Positions 29,359-35,989 of a DNA stretch of 64,000 bases are shown here, piece by piece (position 1 is the stretch's first letter; the number at the start of each line of letters is the position of its first letter). The translations under genes and the position numbers were made by a program. Location: positions 32,001 to 96,000 of the IMG/VR virus record IMGVR_UViG_2974736276_000001; one strand, given 5' to 3'. The notes below the pieces were generated by a model. The model worked only from the letters and a program-made list of their open reading frames with translations. It was not told the DNA's origin and did no database searches. The stretch comes from a virus (taxonomy: Duplodnaviria > Caudoviricetes).

Positions 29359-29967
29359 TTAGCCGCGAGACCGCAGTTCTTCCAGGTATTCAGCAACATC
29401 TGCTGAAGTAGTCTGAATTTCCGCAGGCACTTCTGAAGTGTTAAAGGTATCAACACGACGAAGAATTGTTTCAACATCAACATTGGTCAGTTCAGCAGAC
29501 TTGATTACATCAGCTACTGATTCCAGACCCAGTGAATCTGCACTGCGAGCTTCACGAATGTATTCCAGTTTCACTGCCAGATCAGCACGCTGATCATCTA
29601 ATTTAACTACCGCTGATTTAATTTCTTCTTGCAGACCATCGATCTCATCAGCCTTTTTATCAAGAGCTTTTGCAGTATTACGATACAGCAGAGCAAGTTT
29701 CAAATGAGTAGTAAGATCAGTGGTTGGTTGAGTCTTACTGAGATGAATAATCTCTTTTTCTTTTGAAGCTTGACGAGTACGTTTTTCTTCTGCCAGAGCT
29801 TTCAGACGAACTTTTTCTGCTTTGGAGTTAACAAAACGAGTTTGTAGTACATGAATCTTGTCAATCAAGATGTTTGCCGCTTCAGTGTACTGGTCTTCAA
29901 CAGAAGTGTTGCGAGACATGAAGGTACCCAGTTTAGCGCGGATGAAAGCAACGAGTTTCTTAAGCAT
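29359..29967 (-). CDS. e.6: e.6 coiled-coil (PspA-like) protein
   Basis: LKKLVAFIRAKLGTFM..N.SVEDQYT. Confidence 0.85.
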   Translation of the reverse strand: MLKKLVAFIRAKLGTFMSRNTSVEDQYTEAANILIDKIHVLQTRFVNSKAEKVRLKALAEEKRTRQASKEKEIIHLSKTQPTTDLTTHLKLALLYRNTAKALDKKADEIDGLQEEIKSAVVKLDDQRADLAVKLEYIREARSADSLGLESVADVIKSAELTNVDVETILRRVDTFNTSEVPAEIQTTSADVAEYLEELRSRG

Positions 29968-30033
29968 AATATTTTCCTATTTGTTTAAAGTGAGATCATT
30001 ATAAATCAGTTTAAAATTAAAGTACACTACTTT

Positions 30034-30311
30034 TCACATTCTTTGATAAATGCAAGATGTCAATAAATCAAATGCTAATGGGCACATATCCATCCACATT
30101 TTTACCTGGCGTTCTTCACAAGGTTCAATCTCTTCAGGCTTGAACTCTATCGCAGACATCAAACCATAAGGATCTGCGAACTGTGAATCTGTGCCGACAA
30201 TCAAATAAACGTCATTATATTTCAAAAGATACTTATGAACCGCCGCGACACCTTTAGTCTTGGAGACAGTACGATAAAAGATATGGGTGTCATTCATTTC
30301 TTCATCTTCAT
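30034..30311 (-). CDS. Hypothetical protein
   Basis: ORF; start probably at the ATGA overlap. Confidence 0.5.
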
Positions 30312-30526
30312 GCATCAGCTTTTTCCTTACGCAGATAAACCGTTTTGCCACCATTCCAGTAGCTATAAAGAACATCAGCACGAAGGTCTTTTTGTTCAAC
30401 TAGCCACGCAAGAATTTTTCCACTTGCGGCCTGTTCAATCACAAGAACCCGCAAGAATGCTTGATAATTTTCAGCAGTCAAAGTGAGTGTCAATCCGCTT
30501 GAGTATGCAAGAGTAAATTTAAACAT
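30308..30526 (-). CDS. Hypothetical protein
   Basis: Packed ORF. Confidence 0.55.
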   Translation of the reverse strand: MFKFTLAYSSGLTLTLTAENYQAFLRVLVIEQAASGKILAWLVEQKDLRADVLYSYWNGGKTVYLRKEKADA

Positions 30527-30918
30527 TATTCTTGGCCTTCATCAATCCAGTCATATTCATATGAAGTCACTTGAAGACCTTCAACGCGAGAATTCTTATA
30601 GATTGCAAAGTGATCGCATACATCACCATCACTGTTCAGATCGAGTTGAATCAGAACACTTTTAGAAGTACCATGACCTTTGCAGCCATGATGAGTCTGT
30701 ACTTCTTCAATCAGCTCTTCAAGAGCAGCTTTTGCAGCAAATGTCTTTTGTTGAAGAGAATCAGCATACATACTAAGAACACGTTGAATAGACAACTTAT
30801 CACCAACCAGATCAATTGTTACAACGTTATCAAACTGGCTGTAAATAGTGTAAGAAACAAAGTGATGCAAGTTCTTTTGCTGTTCAGCGTTCATTTTAAG
30901 TACTGTGCTAAATTTCAT
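30526..30918 (-). CDS. e.7/e.8-region hypothetical early protein
   Basis: GAGG RBS after the early promoter at about 30960-30995. Confidence 0.6.
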   Translation of the reverse strand: MKFSTVLKMNAEQQKNLHHFVSYTIYSQFDNVVTIDLVGDKLSIQRVLSMYADSLQQKTFAAKAALEELIEEVQTHHGCKGHGTSKSVLIQLDLNSDGDVCDHFAIYKNSRVEGLQVTSYEYDWIDEGQE

Positions 30919-30947
30919 TATGTTATCCTCAGATTTAGTCCGTTTGG

Positions 30948-30996
30948 ACTTGATGGAGCTATAGTACAACAAGTCATTTGGTCTGTACACTACTTT
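30948..30996 (-). promoter_or_regulatory. Early promoter
   Basis: AAAGTAGTGTACA...TACTAT AGCTCCATCAAGTC. Confidence 0.8.
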
Positions 30997-31055
30997 GTGA
31001 AAATTTTTCACTGGTCTAGAAACAGCAATGCCCAGAACAATGTCTGGGCAGTATC

Positions 31056-31316
31056 TTACGGTCGAATGATTTTCGCTAGTTCTTCCATGTGATGGCGAAC
31101 TTCTTTCTTGTGATCAGCATGGTCTTTAGAACCTTCGCCTTTTTTATCTTTAGCATCAGCATCTTTTAGAAGCTTGACGAGTTCATCACGTCGACCTTCT
31201 TTACCAGCTTTAGTTTCTGCTTTACTGAAGAATTTTACTGCTTCACCTACATCTTTAAACTCTGGTACGCGTTTAACGTCTTCTGACTCTGTTAAGAATT
31301 CTTTATATGTTTTCAT
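31056..31316 (-). CDS. Internal head protein (IP family)
   Basis: CTS MKTYKEFLTE; late promoter TATAAATA at 31346-31353. Confidence 0.85.
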   Translation of the reverse strand: MKTYKEFLTESEDVKRVPEFKDVGEAVKFFSKAETKAGKEGRRDELVKLLKDADAKDKKGEGSKDHADHKKEVRHHMEELAKIIRP

Positions 31317-31357
31317 TTAATTCACCGACTGTTGGAAGATATCGGTATTTATACTAC

Positions 31358-31382
31358 AAAGCCCAGAACAAAGTCTGGGCTT
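31358..31382 (-). terminator. Terminator hairpin (near-identical copy at 31030-31049)
   Basis: GCCCAGA CTTTGT TCTGGGC TTT. Confidence 0.75.
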
Positions 31383-31389
31383 AAAATCG

Positions 31390-31575
31390 ACAGCATCACG
31401 TACTGGCACATGACCTGCGAATATTCATTAACTCTAGCTCGGAGGCATCAGTCTCACCAGAGAAATATAGCGTGTACCGGAGATGCCTTACAGGGCAGAG
31501 CTTTTATGCCTAATCAAAGAACACTTTTCGGGACGAACCCGCCGACTATATACACGACTCAGTGATAGCAGCTGT
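31390..31575 (-). ncRNA. About 185-nt multibranch structured RNA
   Basis: Closing stem ACAGC/GCTGT plus ATCAC/GTGAT, three internal hairpins, possible pseudoknot. Confidence 0.6.
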
Positions 31576-31589
31576 AACCGCACATCAAA

Positions 31590-31805
31590 TTATAACAGAA
31601 TTGCTGGAGCAGGAGAAACTGGGAAAACCGGAGCATTCTTAATTTCATTAACTTTAGTATGAAGTTTATCAATCTTAACTTCAACTTTGTCTACTGCATC
31701 TTGCACAACTCTTTCAACTTTTCGGGTAGAACTATTACGAGTGACTAATGCACCGATAACAAACCCTATAACAAAAATAGCTACATGTAGCAAAAACGTT
31801 TCCAT
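31590..31805 (-). CDS. Small single-pass membrane protein, late-expressed
   Basis: N-terminal TM plus coiled coil; TATAAATA at 31830-31837 and RBS hairpin. Confidence 0.75.
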   Translation of the reverse strand: METFLLHVAIFVIGFVIGALVTRNSSTRKVERVVQDAVDKVEVKIDKLHTKVNEIKNAPVFPVSPAPAILL

Positions 31806-31886
31806 ATATCCTCCTGTATTTACAGGAAGTATTTATAGAGCACCCAGGTCAATGCTCAATCAGTGTAAAGCCTGGCGTTAAGAATT

Positions 31887-31961
31887 TGGAGCTGCCGATG
31901 GGAGTCGAACCCACGTCTACTGGGTGGAAGCCAGGGATAATAGCCACTATACGACGACAGC
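31887..31961 (-). tRNA. tRNA-Gly(TCC)
   Basis: Cloverleaf, loop CT-TCC-AC, GTTCGA, CCA. Confidence 0.92.
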
Positions 31962-32040
31962 AATTTAACGGTGTTTACTATCCGCAAAGCACCGGCAGAG
32001 ATATTCCCTTTATTTTAAGACTCTGGTTTCTCTGCTTTAC

Positions 32041-32244
32041 CTAGTCTATTACTAGGAAGAAGTCAATTGACCAGACATCATATGTGACATCATAAGCCCG
32101 ACTTTGTCCTTTGTAATAATTATAAATCTTATCTTCAGCTTGTTCTTCTGATTCAGCTTCTACTGAGACGAATTTTTCTTCAGTCTTATAATCATCGTCC
32201 ATATACTCTTGTTTACGGACTTTAATCTTAGCTTGATATTGCAT
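32041..32244 (-). CDS. Acidic hypothetical protein
   Basis: MQYQAKIKV..., GAGG RBS right after tRNA-Trp. Confidence 0.65.
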   Translation of the reverse strand: MQYQAKIKVRKQEYMDDDYKTEEKFVSVEAESEEQAEDKIYNYYKGQSRAYDVTYDVWSIDFFLVID

Positions 32245-32260
32245 AATTTCCTCACGAATT

Positions 32261-32334
32261 TGGCAGGCCCACAAGGATTCGAACCCTGGCTTCTGAGGTT
32301 GGAGCTCAGCGTACTACCACTATACGATAGACCT
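32261..32334 (-). tRNA. tRNA-Trp(CCA)
   Basis: CTGAG CT-CCA-AC CTCAG; CCA end. Confidence 0.93.
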
Positions 32335-32340
32335 AAAATT

Positions 32341-32416
32341 TGGTGCCTGCAGCAGGCTTCGAACCCACGACCCCTTCATTACAAGTGAAGTGCTCTACCA
32401 ACTGAGCTATACAGGC
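32341..32416 (-). tRNA. tRNA-Thr(TGT)
   Basis: CTTCA CT-TGT-AA TGAAG; CCA. Confidence 0.93.
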
Positions 32417-32420
32417 AAAT

Positions 32421-32496
32421 TGGTCAGGACAGCTGGACTCGAACCAGCGACCGACTGCTTAGAAGGCAGATGCTCTGTCCTCTGAGCTATGTCCCG
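32421..32496 (-). tRNA. tRNA-Arg(TCT)
   Basis: CTGC CT-TCT-AA GCAG; CCA. Confidence 0.93.
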
Positions 32497-32502
32497 AAGA
32501 AT

Positions 32503-32532
32503 TAATTATACTCTTTTATTTATAAAGCAATT
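32503..32532 (-). promoter_or_regulatory. Overlapping middle (MotA box plus TATAAT) and late (TATAAATA) promoters
   Basis: ATTGCTTTATAAATAAAAGAGTATAAT. Confidence 0.8.
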
Positions 32533-32911
32533 ATGGAACAAACACCCGACGGTGAGTAAGAGAGCCATAGTCATAGATGTAGCGATATTCAACTTCAAGA
32601 CCAGCAGCCTTTGCAGCTTCAATACCGTAATGCATGCCGCGAGTGATACCAAAATCAACATACACTACTGATCCATTTGCAACTTTCTTCCAGGCTAGTC
32701 CAGCATCGATACCCCATTGACGTTCAGAAGGAACATAGTCATTCAAGATTCCAGGCTGAGTGTAAAGCAAATGAGACGCAATTGGTGCTTCACCTTGGGA
32801 TAAAGAATGTCGTACACAGGCACGAGCATATTCAACATTCTGTTCTTCAGTACGAGAGATACCATTAAATTCGTATGGAGCAAAAGGAGATTCAAGGATT
32901 ACAAGTTTCAT
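32531..32911 (-). CDS. Nucleoside 2-deoxyribosyltransferase-like (DUF4406-type) protein
   Basis: VILESPF...GEAPIASHLLYTQ...ER..GI.AGLAW...GITRGM..GI. Confidence 0.65.
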   Translation of the reverse strand: MKLVILESPFAPYEFNGISRTEEQNVEYARACVRHSLSQGEAPIASHLLYTQPGILNDYVPSERQWGIDAGLAWKKVANGSVVYVDFGITRGMHYGIEAAKAAGLEVEYRYIYDYGSLTHRRVFVP

Positions 32912-33351
32912 AGCAATTCTCTTAATCGATAAAGCTGATTACAGAACTCTCGTTCAGTCAATACAGTCTCGTTGATTTTATTCTTACCCATTGAGTGAGT
33001 AAGCGTGGATTTATTTGTTGCTTTAAGAGCGCGTTTGAAACCATCATTTGTTCCAAGAGCATCAAATGCTTGTGTCAGCAATGTTTGATATGCTTCTGAA
33101 CTGCGCTGCATTGGAACGCCTTTCCAATACAATGTCTGGTCACGGAACCATTTCTTTTTCTTGCCTTTAAACTTAGCTGACTTACCAACTAAAGTACAAA
33201 CATGTGCTTGCACATCAGGATTGCTAAACTTCAGCGACTGGAGGAATCCTTCCATTGATGCACATTCAACACCATCAAAAGTGAATGGATGAGGAGCAAA
33301 ATTACTTAAAGCACATGAAGGATATGCACTACCTGAACCAATGTCCATCAT
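32908..33351 (-). CDS. NADAR-family protein, T4 gp30.3-like
   Basis: YPSCALSNFAPHPF.FDG...SMEGFLQSLK...TLYWKG...R.S..YQ. Confidence 0.85.
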   Translation of the reverse strand: MMDIGSGSAYPSCALSNFAPHPFTFDGVECASMEGFLQSLKFSNPDVQAHVCTLVGKSAKFKGKKKKWFRDQTLYWKGVPMQRSSEAYQTLLTQAFDALGTNDGFKRALKATNKSTLTHSMGKNKINETVLTEREFCNQLYRLRELL

Positions 33352-33566
33352 TCAGCACCATAAAATTCAGCAATGTCGTAAAAGTCTGTAATGATATTCT
33401 CAATTTCTTTTTCAAAATAAATTAGATGTGGAATGTAATTTATTGGTGCTAGATGATTAGCACATTGTAAACACTGATTACCTAATGCATCTTCATAAAT
33501 CACAGCCTTGGAATGGCCGCCTGATTTCCACTCGATAATAGCAAAACCTAAAGGATACTTTTTCAC
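33348..33566 (-). CDS. Hypothetical protein
   Basis: GTG start with GAGG RBS. Confidence 0.6.
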   Translation of the reverse strand: MKKYPLGFAIIEWKSGGHSKAVIYEDALGNQCLQCANHLAPINYIPHLIYFEKEIENIITDFYDIAEFYGAE

Positions 33567-33589
33567 AATGTTTTCCTCACAAGAATAAG

Positions 33590-33715
33590 TGTACCAGAGG
33601 GACTTGAACCCCCAAGATTGCAGCCTCTCGTCGGGTTACCTCTTACTCAGCTGGATGCTTAAACCAGCGTTTCAACAGAGTTCGCCAATGTGTCTACCGG
33701 TTTCACCATGGTACG
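33590..33715 (-). ncRNA. tRNA-like RNA with anticodon arm replaced by a multibranch domain of about 70 nt
   Basis: Acceptor GTACCA/TGGTAC, Leu-type D arm, T arm GGGGG TTCAAGT CCCTC, no CCA. Confidence 0.75.
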
Positions 33716-33787
33716 TGTCTGTGACATATCCGGAATGTCGGAATTAACATCTCACTCTCATATAGTCACATCTTTTACAGACTCTAG

Positions 33788-33854
33788 TGGAGATACCCGG
33801 AATTGAACCGAGGTCAGCGAATTTTGCGCCGTAATTGCACTATACTATATCCCC
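33788..33854 (-). ncRNA. 67-nt tRNA-Ala-like RNA with 3-bp anticodon stem
   Basis: GGGGATA/TATCTCC-A (G3:U70, A73), T arm, GCG CAAAATT CGC. Confidence 0.7.
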
Positions 33855-33859
33855 GAATT

Positions 33860-33934
33860 TGGTGGCCCTGGCAGGAATCGAACCTGCATCAAGCGATTAT
33901 GAGTCGCTAGCTTGAACCGTCCAGCTACAGGGCC
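33860..33934 (-). tRNA. tRNA-CAT, likely Ile2 (lysidine) or elongator Met
   Basis: GGCCCTG acceptor as in Ile2 tRNAs; CT-CAT-AA; CCA. Confidence 0.88.
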
Positions 33935-33942
33935 TAATCTTT

Positions 33943-34025
33943 AGTGCGTGCTCTATGCCAGGGTTACCCCTCGCTGGGACTCGAACCCATTAAACCGTAT
34001 TTCCTGAAGTCACTTTTCGGGCACT
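33943..34025 (-). ncRNA. T-loop-containing structured RNA
   Basis: AGTGC/GCACT closing stem; TGGG TTCGAGT CCCA; AGGG GTAA CCCT. Confidence 0.6.
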
Positions 34026-34179
34026 TAATTGATAACAGTGAGGGGTGATCAGTCCATCCTCGAGTAATGGGTTTCCTTAAAGTACTCCGCCGCTCGGTTA
34101 GTCTCGCACCTAGCTAAGATTGCTCTTAGGAGGCTCAGCTCTCGTCTCGCAGACATACACTGTTATCAATTAAATGCCC
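34019..34179 (-). ncRNA. About 160-nt RNA closed by a 22-bp stem
   Basis: GGGCATTTAATTGATAACAGTG / CACTGTTATCAATTAAGTGCCC with internal GNRA hairpins. Confidence 0.75.
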
Positions 34180-34240
34180 TCTTTCGAGGGCTTGCCTTTC
34201 GGCTACCTTGTCGGGCGTTTCCACCTGCTAGGCAAGTGTT
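34176..34240 (-). ncRNA. Small GNRA-rich RNA resembling the T4 p2 segment
   Basis: ACACTTGCCTAGCAGGTGGAAACGCCCGACAAGGTAGCCGAAAGGC followed by GCCCTC GAAA GAGGGC. Confidence 0.6.
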
Positions 34241-34257
34241 CTTTTACTTGATGGATT

Positions 34258-34325
34258 AATAATAACACTAATATTTTATAGCACTTATATGAAAAAGCCC
34301 CGTAACAGATTTCTCTGTCCAGGGC
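34258..34325 (-). promoter_or_regulatory. Terminator followed by a middle-type promoter
   Basis: GCCCTG...CGGGGC TTTTT then TGCTATA...TATTAT. Confidence 0.6.
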
Positions 34326-34330
34326 GTCAT

Positions 34331-34405
34331 TGGAGGCGGGAGAAGGAGTTGCACCTACGACCTCGAGGTTATGAGCCTCGCATTCTACTACTGAACTATC
34401 CCGCT
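34331..34405 (-). tRNA. Initiator-like tRNA-fMet(CAT)
   Basis: A1xC72 mismatch, GCGGG acceptor, CT-CAT-AA; atypical T loop TGCAACT. Confidence 0.8.
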
Positions 34406-34737
34406 ATTGAAGCATTTAAATTTTTATGAATTAATATTACACTAGATTCACTATATACACAATTCTGTAATGAAGTAATGCGCCAAGAACCAAACGGCAT
34501 TACTCTAAAACCTTCAGGTGTAAAACCTACTAATAGAGCTACTACTAAACTATTACCACGCGAAACACTTACTAAATCACCTGGTGAAACTTCTCTTTTA
34601 ATCTTATCCAAGCGAGATTCATTGGTTAAAGTTGCCAATGATTTTGGAATAACCAGAGCAGCATTTTCTAATACATCTTGAGCTTGTAGACCTTCATACT
34701 TATTGTAGAAATCTTTAGCTGATTTAGTAATTGACAT
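34396..34737 (-). CDS. Hypothetical protein
   Basis: MSITKSAKD...; stop overlaps the tRNA 5' end. Confidence 0.6.
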   Translation of the reverse strand: MSITKSAKDFYNKYEGLQAQDVLENAALVIPKSLATLTNESRLDKIKREVSPGDLVSVSRGNSLVVALLVGFTPEGFRVMPFGSWRITSLQNCVYSESSVILIHKNLNASIAG

Positions 34738-34754
34738 TGTATTTCTCTCATAAT

Positions 34755-34839
34755 TGGTACATCTGATGGGACTCGAACCCATAATCCTCTAGGGCGGGAG
34801 ATTTTAAGTCTCCTGTGTATTCCATTCCACCACAGATGC
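34755..34839 (-). tRNA. tRNA-Leu(TAA)
   Basis: GGAGA CT-TAA-AA TCTCC, long V arm, CCA. Confidence 0.93.
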
Positions 34840-34846
34840 ATTGAAT

Positions 34847-34921
34847 TGGTGGGGACCACTGGTAACGATCCAGTCTCTCAGGCTTTTCAGGCGAGCGCTA
34901 ATCCATCTCAGCTAGGACCCC
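34847..34921 (-). tRNA. tRNA-Phe(GAA), atypical
   Basis: CT-GAA-AA, CCA; two anticodon-stem mismatches, U5:U68, T loop ATCGTTA. Confidence 0.7.
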
Positions 34922-34927
34922 GTTAAA

Positions 34928-35173
34928 TTAAACTAAATGAAGCTCATTAGACATCCACAATTGAGCAAAACGTTCTGAAACTAAAGTAATTCTTGAAGGC
35001 GTTTTAACTCGAGTGCTTACATTTTCAATTTCAACACCGTGAGCATTTTTACCTAATACTTTACCAACTGTTACTTCACCCCAGTCACTCATACCTCGAG
35101 CTTTCAGTGGAGTAAGAACATAATCACCAATATAAACCGGTTTGTTGTACTTGTCTTGAATTACTGGTACCAT
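34928..35173 (-). CDS. Small KOW/SH3-like hypothetical protein
   Basis: DKYNKPVYIGDYV; GAGG RBS. Confidence 0.65.
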   Translation of the reverse strand: MVPVIQDKYNKPVYIGDYVLTPLKARGMSDWGEVTVGKVLGKNAHGVEIENVSTRVKTPSRITLVSERFAQLWMSNELHLV

Positions 35174-35192
35174 TATATTTTCCTCATTTAAT

Positions 35193-35269
35193 TGGTCTCA
35201 TACGCTATTACAATGCGCTCCGCACGGAAATGAGAAGTCGTAACTGCTCAGCACCTTATTAATATGAGA
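35193..35269 (-). ncRNA. 77-nt CCA-ended tRNA-sized RNA without canonical D/T loops
   Basis: TCTCATA/TATGAGA-CCA with three inner hairpins. Confidence 0.7.
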
Positions 35270-35274
35270 TTTTT

Positions 35275-35349
35275 TGGTACTCTTACCGGGAATCGAACCC
35301 GGATTTCAAGATTGAAAGTCTTGCGACCTAACCGTTAGTCGATAAGAGC
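35275..35349 (-). tRNA. tRNA-Glu(TTC)
   Basis: CAAGA CT-TTC-AA TCTTG; CCA. Confidence 0.93.
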
Positions 35350-35355
35350 ATTAAT

Positions 35356-35448
35356 TGGAGGAAGTGAAGGGATTCGAACCCTTGGGCCTGCTTTCACAGA
35401 CCGCCGGTTTTCAAGACCGGTGCAATAATCCATCTCTGCCACACTTCC
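35356..35448 (-). tRNA. tRNA-Ser(TGA)
   Basis: CCGGT CT-TGA-AA ACCGG, long V arm. Confidence 0.93.
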
Positions 35449-35453
35449 AAATT

Positions 35454-35540
35454 TGGTGGGGACGGTAGGACTCGAACCTACGAAGTCGCGATGACAGGAG
35501 GGTTACAGCCTCCACCCTTTGCCGCTCGGGTCACATCCCC
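35454..35540 (-). tRNA. tRNA-Tyr(GTA)
   Basis: GGAGG CT-GTA-AC CCTCC, V arm, CCA. Confidence 0.93.
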
Positions 35541-35543
35541 AAA

Positions 35544-35987
35544 TTATTTCTTATTACGATTTTTACCTGAATTAGTAGGGGTTAAAGCATGACAATTAGA
35601 ACAGAGAATTCGTAAATTCTCAAATTCATTATTATAATGTTCACCATCTATATGATCTAATTCTAATGGAGCAGGTTGTCCCATCCATTCAGTAATACCG
35701 CAAATTTCGCATTTTCTTTCTTTTAAACCTTCCTCAAATAAACGATTCTTTAATTTGAAGGAAGATATTGAACTATTTTTAAATAGAAAATCTTTAGCAC
35801 TTTTCTTTAAAGGAGAACCACATCCTTTAGAGCCAGGATTACCTGCATACACTATACCCCATTTACGCAATAATCGTTTAAGTGTATCATTATTACAGTT
35901 AAGTATAACACACATTTTACTAATTGACGTGTGTTTGCTTATTAATTCTAATATTTCTTCTTTTCTAGCTTCTACATCTTTTCTCAA
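35544..35987 (-). mobile_element. Free-standing HNH homing endonuclease gene between tRNAs
   Basis: CEICG...LELDHIDG...NN...NLRILCSNCH. Confidence 0.9.
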
Positions 35988-35989
35988 TT

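Noticed and set aside
33640-33680. Hammerhead-like GAAAC...CTGAGTA in the tRNA-like insert
   Set aside because: Core is not CUGANGA and stems I and III cannot be formed
33788-33854. tmRNA
   Set aside because: Has the Ala acceptor but only 67 nt; no tag ORF or pseudoknot region identified
34085-34140. Group I intron-like strings CTGAGCC and AGGTGCGAGACTA
   Set aside because: No downstream S element (TAGTC) to form P7, no flanking exons, and too short
34019-34179. Retron msr-msd
   Set aside because: Inverted repeats fit, but there is no reverse transcriptase in the window and no long msd hairpin; kept only as an analogy
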